Position numbers and translations under genes: made by a program. A stretch of 64,000 nt of DNA from Candidatus Woesearchaeota archaeon (GTDB lineage: Archaea; Nanobdellota; Nanobdellia; Pacearchaeales; GW2011-AR1): positions 673,510-737,509 of the forward strand of contig CAZNJU010000001.1 of assembly GCA_964573625.1 (NCBI GenBank), written 5' to 3'. The notes beneath the pieces were generated by a model. The model did not search any database. It was not told the DNA's origin and saw only the letters and a list, made by a program, of their open reading frames with translations. Shown here piece by piece: positions 8,430-18,200 of the stretch. Position 1 is the first letter of the stretch, and the number at the start of each line of letters is the position of its first letter.

Positions 8430-9029
8430 ATGGAGCTCATGATATTTATTTACACATTTATAGCAATTTTCGCTCTTAATTTGATACCTATTTTTGGCCC
8501 TCCTACATGGATGGTTCTTTCGTTTATTACACTCACATACGCAATTCCTTCACTCCCTCTGTTCGTAATCGTTGCGCTATGTGCTTCAGCATTAGGAAGG
8601 TCTACCCTTACCTATTTTTCAGAAAGAATTTTAAGAAATCGTTTTTTAGGTCGAAAATATCGGGAGAATGTAACTCACCTGAAAAAGCATCTTGAAAAAA
8701 AGCCCTTGACAACATCGACCATTTTCCTCTTGGAAGCATTTACACCCTTGCCTTCAGATCAACTTTTTGTAGCCTACGGTCTTACCGGACTCAAGCTCAG
8801 ATATGCTATAATTCCGTTCATCATTGGAAGAGCATTCACCTATAGTTTTTGGGTTTTTCTTGCCACAGAGACTGCAAAGCAATTAGGAGCTAGCTCGATA
8901 AGCAATTTATCCTTTCTTAGTGGACCGTTTATAGCTGCAGAGTTAGTAATTCTCTTCATAGTCTATTTATTTGTAAGAATTGACTGGGAACAGTTCATTC
9001 TACATCATACCATACGCTTTATTCACTAG
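8430..9029 (+). CDS. VTT/DedA-like (SNARE-associated) membrane protein
   Basis: LNLIPIFGPP, SALG, FTPLPSDQLFVAYGL and FIIGR. Confidence 0.7.
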   Translation: MELMIFIYTFIAIFALNLIPIFGPPTWMVLSFITLTYAIPSLPLFVIVALCASALGRSTLTYFSERILRNRFLGRKYRENVTHLKKHLEKKPLTTSTIFLLEAFTPLPSDQLFVAYGLTGLKLRYAIIPFIIGRAFTYSFWVFLATETAKQLGASSISNLSFLSGPFIAAELVILFIVYLFVRIDWEQFILHHTIRFIH

Positions 9030-10275
9030 CATTCCCTAATACAAGAATTAAATCCCCTATATTCGTTCCCGTTTTACCTGTTACAATTGTCCCATTGACT
9101 TTTTTGAGGAAATTGTATGAATCGTTATTCTTCAAAAAACTGCTCACCTGTAATTTATGTTGCGCAGCTTTAAGTTTAGTTGTTTCATCGACAATTCCTC
9201 CAGCTGCATCAGTTATGAAATCGACTCCATCAGTTGAGCAGCTGACTATCGTTCCTTTTTTCAAGTATTCTGTTGCCCCCAGTACTGTCTCTTGGTTTCG
9301 CCCACCCTTTCCAGTACCCCTAACGTGAACAGTCGTCTCACCTGCGAAAATAAGTGCCTTCCCAGGTTTAACAAGTGATGCTAATCTTTTCCCAACATCA
9401 CGAGCTTCCCCTTTAAGTTGAGTAGTCACAATTCGCGTATTATATCCTAACACCTGCGCTTTTTCTTGCATAGCTTGAGAAGCTGACAAGTTAGTAGCGA
9501 GCAGCAAATTAGTTACATGTGTCAGTCGCGTTTTAGGGGTCTCAGCGAAATTCAATGCTGGTAGAGAATACTTCTTCCGTATTCTTTCGGCATCTTTGAC
9601 AGTAGTTGAATCCCGTACGGTAGGTCCTGAAGCAATGACTTCCAGGTCGTTTGTCATCACATCGCTAATGATGAGCGTTATCATCGTTGCCGGAGCGGCC
9701 AGTGCACCGAGTTGCCCCCCTTTAACATACGAAATATGTTTTCTCACTGTGTTAATTTCCTGAATAGTCGCACCTTTTTTCAACAACAGCTTGTTAACCT
9801 GCTTCTGTTTCTCTAAAGATATTCGTGGAGCATCCATCAGTGCAGATCCTCCTCCACTAATGAGGCAAATCACGAGATCATCTCTATTACACTCTTTTAA
9901 CAAATTAATTATGTTATGCGTTGCTCTAATATTAACTGTTGAAGAAATAGGATGTGTTCCCTTCACAACAGTTATTCGTGAAAGTGATTTATTTCTTGTG
10001 TCTATAACAATTCCACGTGTAATACGTTTCCCCAATATTTTTTCAAGAGTTTCAGCCATGTCTGCAGCCGCCTTTCCAGCACCCACAACATACACATTCC
10101 GATAAGATGCGAGATTCCACGATTTATTTTGAATATTGAGTCGGTTCTTTACAATAGTCACATTTTTACGCATAACATTTTTAACGAGTGCAGATTCAAG
10201 ACCGGCATTAATTATTTCAAGAGCATCTTTTCGAGTTCGCGTGGTAGCCAATGAGCGAAAGTTTTTGATAATCAT
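9019..10275 (-). CDS. Glycerate 2-kinase (TtuD/MOFRL family)
   Basis: VVGAGKAA, LISGGGSAL, EINTVRKHIS.VKGG, IASGPT, GETTV.V.GTGKGGRNQE and TGTNIGD. Confidence 0.92.
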   Translation of the reverse strand: MIIKNFRSLATTRTRKDALEIINAGLESALVKNVMRKNVTIVKNRLNIQNKSWNLASYRNVYVVGAGKAAADMAETLEKILGKRITRGIVIDTRNKSLSRITVVKGTHPISSTVNIRATHNIINLLKECNRDDLVICLISGGGSALMDAPRISLEKQKQVNKLLLKKGATIQEINTVRKHISYVKGGQLGALAAPATMITLIISDVMTNDLEVIASGPTVRDSTTVKDAERIRKKYSLPALNFAETPKTRLTHVTNLLLATNLSASQAMQEKAQVLGYNTRIVTTQLKGEARDVGKRLASLVKPGKALIFAGETTVHVRGTGKGGRNQETVLGATEYLKKGTIVSCSTDGVDFITDAAGGIVDETTKLKAAQHKLQVSSFLKNNDSYNFLKKVNGTIVTGKTGTNIGDLILVLGNASE

Positions 10276-11897
10276 TTTGACTTTATATGCGAAAGAGCGA
10301 AAGCAAGGTCGCCGCGAACCTTTTTTCCAGGATTAAATACTCCTTTCTCATCAAAGATATCTTTCACTTTTTCAAAAATACGTACCATTTCAGGCCCAAA
10401 CTGTTTCTCTAAATAAGGAGTTCTGATAAGTCCATCATTATGCTCTGCAGTTATTGTTCCTTCATACTTCTTAACGAGTGTGGTAAATGCCTGAAGTACT
10501 AAGGGTATTTTATCACGTTGAGTTTGCTCTTTAAGGTCCATTAAGGGGATAATATGGAAATTGCCATCTCCAACATGTCCTGCAAGAGTTGGCTCTATTC
10601 CGTTCTCCTCCAATAAAGTGTACAATTTAGGGAGAAATTCAGAAAGAAATTCAGGTTTCACACTAAAGTCATCAACAAAGGGTGTTGCCATCTTATTTTT
10701 TACCTTTTGCCTTAGAAGATTGAACGATTCTCGACGCATAATCCAGTATTTTTCTCCTTCTTCCTCACTTCTCATCACAATGTTACTTATTTTGGCTTGA
10801 GCAAGTTCTTTACCTAAAAGATTCGCCTGTGTCTGTATTTCTTGCTCAACATCTCCTGTTAGTTCAACAAGTACAATAAAAAACGGAAGACCATGTAACA
10901 ATGATTTGAAAGCCTCTCTTCTGAATCCCCACATGAATGAAAATAAGTTCTTGTTGACTTTCCTCGCTATTTCAGGCATGAACTTTATCCCAAGTTTAAG
11001 CGTGTGCTTATCAAAGCTTTCGAGAGACTCAGGATGATATTTCTTAGCAATATCAATAAGGGGATTGATTTGTGCAAGATTCTTGAGAGATACCGCTACA
11101 AGTCTTGAATGTTTGTTCTTCTTCACTAAATCAACGTCTGCCTCAGTCCATAGACCTAACGTGCCTTGAGAACCAACAAATATTTTTGAAAGGTCAAATG
11201 TATTCCTATCCCATACTTTCCAAAGCAAATAACCTGAAGAATTTTTAGAAACCGCTGGTTGAGCGGCCTTGATTAAATCATAGTTTTTCTCACATAACGT
11301 ATACATTTCACGGTAAATCTTACCCTCGAATGTTTTCTTTCGCATTTTAGCCTTGAGCTCAGACTTGTTCAATTTCTTGAATTCGTACGTGTTACCATCA
11401 GCAAGCACAACTTTTAATTTTCTTACATGATCAACTGTCTGCCCATATACCAGTGACTTCTCTCCTCCGGAGTTATTTGCGATAATCCCGCCCATAGCAC
11501 AGAGAGATTTGCTTGCAGGATAACTTGGGTACATGACTCCTTTTTCGTTCATGACTTTTTCAAGGTCGCGATAATAAACTCCTGGTTCAACAACTGCATG
11601 GTCTGAATCAATAGCATTGATATGATTAATGTATTTCGTAAATGAAACAACAACAGACGTTGTCAGTGGTCCTCCAGTCATATCCGTTCCGGCAGCCCTT
11701 CCAGTAAGTGAAAGACCAGGATTATTTTTAACGAATCTTACAAGGTGCTCAATGTCTTCTGTATCTTTAGGGAACACAACCACGCTAGGCTTCACTTCAA
11801 ATATTGAAGCGTCCCTGCTATACTCTCTCAACGTATCTTCATCCGCTAAAACGTCTCCTTTGAATCCTATCTTAAGTGCATCAATTGGATTTTCCAT
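10272..11897 (-). CDS. FAD-linked 2-hydroxyacid oxidoreductase (D-lactate dehydrogenase/GlcD, VAO family)
   Basis: RAAGTDMTGG, GGIIANNSGG, GSQGTLG, GHVGDGNFH, AEHNDG and FNPGK. Confidence 0.88.
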   Translation of the reverse strand: MENPIDALKIGFKGDVLADEDTLREYSRDASIFEVKPSVVVFPKDTEDIEHLVRFVKNNPGLSLTGRAAGTDMTGGPLTTSVVVSFTKYINHINAIDSDHAVVEPGVYYRDLEKVMNEKGVMYPSYPASKSLCAMGGIIANNSGGEKSLVYGQTVDHVRKLKVVLADGNTYEFKKLNKSELKAKMRKKTFEGKIYREMYTLCEKNYDLIKAAQPAVSKNSSGYLLWKVWDRNTFDLSKIFVGSQGTLGLWTEADVDLVKKNKHSRLVAVSLKNLAQINPLIDIAKKYHPESLESFDKHTLKLGIKFMPEIARKVNKNLFSFMWGFRREAFKSLLHGLPFFIVLVELTGDVEQEIQTQANLLGKELAQAKISNIVMRSEEEGEKYWIMRRESFNLLRQKVKNKMATPFVDDFSVKPEFLSEFLPKLYTLLEENGIEPTLAGHVGDGNFHIIPLMDLKEQTQRDKIPLVLQAFTTLVKKYEGTITAEHNDGLIRTPYLEKQFGPEMVRIFEKVKDIFDEKGVFNPGKKVRGDLAFALSHIKSK

Positions 11898-12850
11898 TAT
11901 CTTTTCCTCCGTATCGCGTTTTTGGCAGCAATAACAATTTCCTTACTAGTACACAAATACTTTTCAAGCAATTTCCCGGGATCACCAGATTCTCCAAATG
12001 TATCACGTATTCCCACAATTTCGAGAGGCACGGGATGTTTCTTTCCCAATAGTTCAGCAACAGCTCCTCCAAGACCTCCATGAATTTGGTGCTCTTCAGC
12101 AGTTACTACTGCCCCTGTTTTTGCAGCAGCCGCAATTAGTGTTTTTTCATCAAGCGGCTTGATAGTGTGACAGTCAATAACCATCGCGTTAATCCCTTCC
12201 TTTGAAAGCTGTTCAGCAGCAACAAGCGACTCATATACCATCGTTCCACATGCGACAAGGCAAACATCTGATCCCTTCCTATAGATGTTAGCTTTGCCAA
12301 TCTGAAAGTCTGTATTGACATCCGTTATTACGGGAACTGCGTTCCTTCCAAATCGAAGATAGACAGGTCCTTTGACTGAGGCTGAAGCAATAGTCGCTTT
12401 CTCAGCCTGAAGAGCATCAGCAGGAACAATTACTTTCATATTTGGAAGTACACGCATAATAGCAATATCCTCTAGCGCTTGATGCGTTGCTCCATCAGGA
12501 CCTACACTAATTCCAGCATGAGCTCCCTGTATCTTCACATTAAGATTGTTATAGCATACGCTCACACGTAGCTGATCCCAATTTCTCCCGGGGCTAAAAA
12601 CAGCATACGAACTAATAAAAGGTATTTTTCCCGTCAAAGCCAATCCTGCTGCAAGTCCTGCCATGTTCTGTTCAGCAACGCCTACTTCAATAAATCGTTC
12701 AGGATACACTTTTTTGAAAAGTTCAACACGCGTTGAATCAGTCAAATCACAACACAATGCGACAACATTTTTGTTCTTCTTGCCCAGTGTTACAAGACCT
12801 TTTCCATATCCTTCTCTTGTAGCTATTTTCTTTACGTCAGAGAGATTCAT
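11897..12850 (-). CDS. Transketolase C-terminal subunit
   Basis: ERFIEVGVAEQNM, VGPDGATHQALED, GPVYLR and EEHQIHGGLG. Confidence 0.93.
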   Translation of the reverse strand: MNLSDVKKIATREGYGKGLVTLGKKNKNVVALCCDLTDSTRVELFKKVYPERFIEVGVAEQNMAGLAAGLALTGKIPFISSYAVFSPGRNWDQLRVSVCYNNLNVKIQGAHAGISVGPDGATHQALEDIAIMRVLPNMKVIVPADALQAEKATIASASVKGPVYLRFGRNAVPVITDVNTDFQIGKANIYRKGSDVCLVACGTMVYESLVAAEQLSKEGINAMVIDCHTIKPLDEKTLIAAAAKTGAVVTAEEHQIHGGLGGAVAELLGKKHPVPLEIVGIRDTFGESGDPGKLLEKYLCTSKEIVIAAKNAIRRKR

Positions 12851-13743
12851 TCAAGCCTCCCGCATCTATCTATAAGTTCCTTACATTTTCCAGCGTCCAG
12901 TCCACGAAGCTTGCATTCATCAGCACATATCTCATTGAGCGCGATAACCGCTTCTTCTTTTACAGGTGGTTTGCCATGCCATTCAAAACGCCTCTCCATA
13001 AAGCTAACACCTTTTCCAGGAATAGTCTCACAAATAATCACTGTCGGCTTTCCACGATATTCTTTTGCCTGTTTAAACGCCGCAAGTATCTCTTTCATAT
13101 TATTTCCATTAATAGTGATAACATTCCAGTTAAACGCTCTAAATTTACCTGCAACTGGTTCGAGAGGCATAATATCCTCAGTCGTTCCATCTATCTGAAT
13201 ATGATTTCTGTCAACAAAACCGATCAAGTTATCTAATTTGTACTTAGCCGCAAACATGAAGGATTCCCAGCATTGTCCTTCGTCAAGCTCTCCATCTCCC
13301 ATTGAGAGAAAGACGTGATAATCTTCCTTATCCATCTTAGCACCGTAGGCTATTCCAGCAGCGACTGATGTTCCCTGTCCCAACGGCCCCGTACTCGTTT
13401 CTATACCTGGCAACGAACCCCTATGAGGATGTCCTTGCAATCGCGAGTCTAATTTGCGCAACGTTTTAAGTTCACTTTGTGGAAAATACCCTGCCTTTGC
13501 AAGACTCACGTATAGAATAGGGCAGATATGTCCGTTAGAAAGCACTAGTCTATCTCTCTTCTTCCATGAAGCATCTCGAGGATTATGATTCATAACGTTA
13601 AAGTAAAGTGCTGTAAACACGTCTGCCATTCCAAGAGGGCCTGCAGAATGCCCTGACCCTGCAGTAGTCAGCATGCGTATTACATCTTCCCGTAGAGTAT
13701 CTGCAAGAATCTCAAGCTCACGTATACTAGAAATCTTTTTCAT
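12847..13743 (-). CDS. Transketolase N-terminal (TPP-binding) subunit
   Basis: GSGH, RDRLVLSNGH, LQGHP, STGPLGQG, GDGELDEG and GKGVSFME..WHG. Confidence 0.93.
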   Translation of the reverse strand: MKKISSIRELEILADTLREDVIRMLTTAGSGHSAGPLGMADVFTALYFNVMNHNPRDASWKKRDRLVLSNGHICPILYVSLAKAGYFPQSELKTLRKLDSRLQGHPHRGSLPGIETSTGPLGQGTSVAAGIAYGAKMDKEDYHVFLSMGDGELDEGQCWESFMFAAKYKLDNLIGFVDRNHIQIDGTTEDIMPLEPVAGKFRAFNWNVITINGNNMKEILAAFKQAKEYRGKPTVIICETIPGKGVSFMERRFEWHGKPPVKEEAVIALNEICADECKLRGLDAGKCKELIDRCGRLE

Positions 13744-13843
13744 AACACCTCACACGTACGAGAAGAATTTAATATTTAAAGGTACTGTCGACTCTGGCAT
13801 AATTTAAATAATCTCCTCGCATGAAGATAACAAGAGGGATGCA

Positions 13844-15178
13844 ATGACTATTTTTAGAGGTAATGACGTCAGAGGAGTATATGGCACAGAGCTGACCGAT
13901 GAAAAAGCCACACTGATAGGTGGAGCATTTGTAAGATTTCTTAAATGCAAGACAGTTGTGGTGGGAAGAGATTCGAGACTATCATCCCCTGCTCTTTCAA
14001 AGGCAGTTATTAAGGGATTAAGAAGAGCTGGCGCTGACGTGATAGACATAGGAGTGATAGACTCTCCAGGATTGTATTTTGCCTCACACCATTTACAAAA
14101 ACCTGCCATAATGGTTACCGCATCACATAATCCTCCAGAACATAACGGATTTTATCTATGCAAAGCTGACGCACAACCCATATATCGCGAAAATGGTCTG
14201 CTTACTATCGAGAAGTTTGCAAATGAGCCATACGTTAGAAAGCAAGGTAACTATATGACTATGAATATCTGGCCTGCGTATGAAAAACATGTGCTTTCAT
14301 TCCTAAACGTTGCGTCTATCAAACCACTAAAAATAGTTGTTGATGTGGGCAATGGAGCAGGGGGAGACATTGCAACGCGCATTTTCCGTAAAATGCCTAA
14401 TCTCACAATTATCCCGCTTAATTTCAAACCAGATGGCCGTTTTCCAAATAGAGGACCTGATACATCTGATCCTTCAAACTTGCGGGAACTTCAGAAAAAA
14501 GTACTTGCCGTAAAGGCAGACATGGGGTGTGCTTTTGATGGCGATGCTGATCGTGTCGCATTTGTTGATGAAAATGGTAAAATTATTGAAGGATCAATTA
14601 CCGGAGCTCTTCTTGCAGGGGAGTTACTATCAAATAAGAAAGAAACGATCTTATATAGCATACGTTGTAGCAGAATAGTCCCTGAACTCATCGAGCGTCG
14701 CCACAGCATCGCAATACGAGAGAGAGTAGGTCATAGTTTCATGGCAACACATATGCGCGAACATCGAGCACTATTTGCAATAGAAAATACAGGACACTAC
14801 TTCTATCGCGATAATTTTTACACTGAATCCGCAATTATAACTTCACTCATTATGATTGCTCTCCTTTCAAGTTCGCGAAAGAATCTTTCAGAACTCGTCA
14901 ACCCCTTAGTAAAATATTACATGACTGAAGAAGTGAGTTTTGCAACGTCTAATCCTAAGCAGGCACTAACGTTTATTGAAAAAGCATTACAAAAAAAGTA
15001 CCGACGCCCTATTGATTCATTTGATGGCTTATCAGTTGACTGTGGAAGCTATTGGTTAAGCGTCCGCGCAAGCCAAACAGAATCAAAAATACGGATGGTA
15101 GTTGAAGGGAGAGACAGAAAAGAAGTCGAAATGCGAAAAAAAGAGCTCTATAATTTAGTAAAAAAAGCCGTACGATAA
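13844..15178 (+). CDS. Phosphomannomutase/phosphoglucomutase (alpha-D-phosphohexomutase)
   Basis: DVRG, TASHNP, FDGDADR and VRASQTE. Confidence 0.93.
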   Translation: MTIFRGNDVRGVYGTELTDEKATLIGGAFVRFLKCKTVVVGRDSRLSSPALSKAVIKGLRRAGADVIDIGVIDSPGLYFASHHLQKPAIMVTASHNPPEHNGFYLCKADAQPIYRENGLLTIEKFANEPYVRKQGNYMTMNIWPAYEKHVLSFLNVASIKPLKIVVDVGNGAGGDIATRIFRKMPNLTIIPLNFKPDGRFPNRGPDTSDPSNLRELQKKVLAVKADMGCAFDGDADRVAFVDENGKIIEGSITGALLAGELLSNKKETILYSIRCSRIVPELIERRHSIAIRERVGHSFMATHMREHRALFAIENTGHYFYRDNFYTESAIITSLIMIALLSSSRKNLSELVNPLVKYYMTEEVSFATSNPKQALTFIEKALQKKYRRPIDSFDGLSVDCGSYWLSVRASQTESKIRMVVEGRDRKEVEMRKKELYNLVKKAVR

Positions 15179-15223
15179 ACGGCTATAAAACTTAAATACC
15201 TGTCAATCATCGATAAAGATATC

Positions 15224-18200
15224 ATGAAAAGAGGGACAACAATAGGCATTATCTTACTGGCCTTTGTTTTTTGTACTCTGGCACCAAGCCCTACTGAGGC
15301 GCGTTCTCAATTACCTCTAATGAAAACAAATAGTATTAGTTTTTCAGATCAATTGAACTTTGGTCAACTACCTCCGTTATCATCTATCTACACGCCTAAT
15401 ATCACTGAACCACATGGTGATCAATATAATATTACATTTACTGCTCCCTCTCCTCGATTTTTAACACGTATTCCAGAACCTCCAACAGGCGAATATACTC
15501 TCTTAGATGATGCTTGTAGCACTTCAGATATCGCCAATTATACGCCTACTCAAATTGTTGATTATGTTACGACTCATTCGATGGACTGTCTTTATTTTTT
15601 CTGGACATATGACGCAAACACGCTGAGTGTTTTCACCGATGCGCATATTCAAGCAGCCCTTAATGCCACTGAAGATCGTGTCGCCACCTATGACGGAACA
15701 AACAATCAAAGTATACAGCAGCTCATATTTTACATACGAACGGCGTATTATCACGGATCATATCATTCAAGCCCGAATTTTACTAATGCTACGCTTCTTC
15801 GTACTATCGACGTGTATAGAGAGTTTGCAAACACCACGTATTTTAACAACGCAAGCAGCGATGCAGAGTTAACGCTCTATCATTGGATAAACGGTGCTGA
15901 CGCTGCAGGCGTTTCGTACGCACTTGTGCCGCAACTTAACACAATCATGCGAACGTTCATGAATGAGACTAATCGATGGTCTCGGCTGACGCAGTTGTTC
16001 AATATCTATTCAATAGAAGGGTATTCTATTCCGCGAGGACTCTATATTGGACACCCTAATCGAACACAAATGATAAGTTCAATGCAACAACAGAATGTAA
16101 GTGGAATACTCGAAGATATTGCGTTAAACGATACCATGATTCCAACCGCAGGTACCTCTCTGATAAACAATGCAATCGGCAGTTTAGGATATATGATTAC
16201 CGTTTCAGAATTCAATGCGAGTTCAGTAAATACGTTAACAAAAGTGATTAATCATTACGAGCCACTAACTCTGCCATATCTTTGGGCAGTATACATGCTT
16301 GATTATTATAATAACTGCCATACTGCAAACGAGAATGTAAGTATCTGTCTTTCAAATCTAACCGCTCCTATTTTTAGCGTCGCCTTACCAAATAACTACT
16401 CGTTTGATAACGGAACAAGAGTATTCATAACAGCTCTTAATTATTCTGACGTTCAATCGCTCTACCATGCGATTAAGCAAGTTGAATGGGAATTTGGAAG
16501 AGTCGCAGGAACCGTACCGGTAGTTGGAGATAATAATAGTGTTCTCACTATGTACATTTACGGTTCTCCAACTGACTACGCGCTATACCAGCCCTTTCTA
16601 TTTGGTCTAGGAACGAACAATGGAGGAATTTACATAGAACAATGGGGCTCTTTTTTCAGTTATCAAAGAACAACAAGTGAAAGTTTCTATACCTTAGAAG
16701 AATTATTGCGTCATGAATACACGCATTACCTCGTTGGAAGATATATTGTTCAAGGAAACTGGGGAGAAGTCCCCATATATGATAATCAACGCATGACTTG
16801 GTTTGATGAGGGGATGGCTGAATTCTTTACGGGGAGTACTCAGAGAGACAGTGTTAAAACGCGAAAGACGCTCGTTCAATTAATCGCGAGTGATGGTACT
16901 AGATTAACGGTAAGCGATGTATTCAATAGTTCAAGTTATAACAGTTTTACATTTTACCGTTACGCAGCCTTATTTTTCAACCACCTCTATACCAACGATC
17001 TGCAACAGATGTTCGATTTTATTGACACTGTAAAGGCGGCAAATACAACAAGATTTGACGCATATGTTCTATCGTTAAGAACAAACGCAACGTATGAATC
17101 AAACTATCAATTATTTATTAACAACACAGTAGGAAATGTTTCTTCACTGCTTAATCCCTCTACCGATTTCCCAAGATACCTAAATACTACTTCCATTTCC
17201 GCAATACAGGCAGCGTTTAGACAGACTACTTTAGGATCAGGGGCTAATTGTTCAGCCCTCTATAGTAGTTCTGCAAACGCACGTTTCAATTGTACAGGCC
17301 AACTTACAGACTCAGTCACAAACGCGTCTAACAGAGTAGCTGCATGGCGAATTTTTGATGCAGCTCTTAACAAGATAATTAATGAAACATTAAACAGTAC
17401 GATTAATGTAACATATACTAATTTTAGAGCTATGAACTGTAAGATGGACAACATTACATTCGTCACAGTCAGTAGTTCAGTCTACCCTAAAACAAATTAC
17501 TCTTGTGAAGGCCCTCTGGCGTTTAACACAGAACTTGCACAATGCTTCGACGAAATAGACAATGACGGTGACGGGTTTATTGATTACGGAAATGATACAG
17601 ACTGTTCAAGCAATTATGATACTAATGAAAGCCACTCTCCTCCAGATTTCCCAAGTGTAACGATTGTATATCCTACAAGCAATATATATGTTTCAGTAAT
17701 AAGCGCGCTTAATTATACAGTAGAAGACAATAGTATACAATCATGTTGGTATTCTACTGATCAAGGCGTAACAAACACGACAATAACTTGTGGTACAAAT
17801 GTAACAGGCCTCACATCATCTGCAGGGACAAATACTTGGCAAGTGTATGCCAATGATAGTGATGGTAACACAAACTCTAGCACAGTCTCATTCACGTATA
17901 TCCCTAACGCGCTCACCGTCGGAACATGTACTTCTCTTAACCAGACAAATAAAACCTACGTGCTTAATGCGAGTATTAATCCGACCGAGGATAGTCCATG
18001 CATAAACATCACTGCCCAAAACATAACATTTACCTGTGGAAGATACACTATCTATAATGTAACCCATGCTAACACGATTATTTATTCAAATCAGTTCAAC
18101 ACAACTATTATTAATTGTAAAAATCTAACCGGAGGATCGGGACTTGCAAGCACCGGAATTAAATTAGTTTCAGCAAATTACTCTTCCATAATTAACGTAT

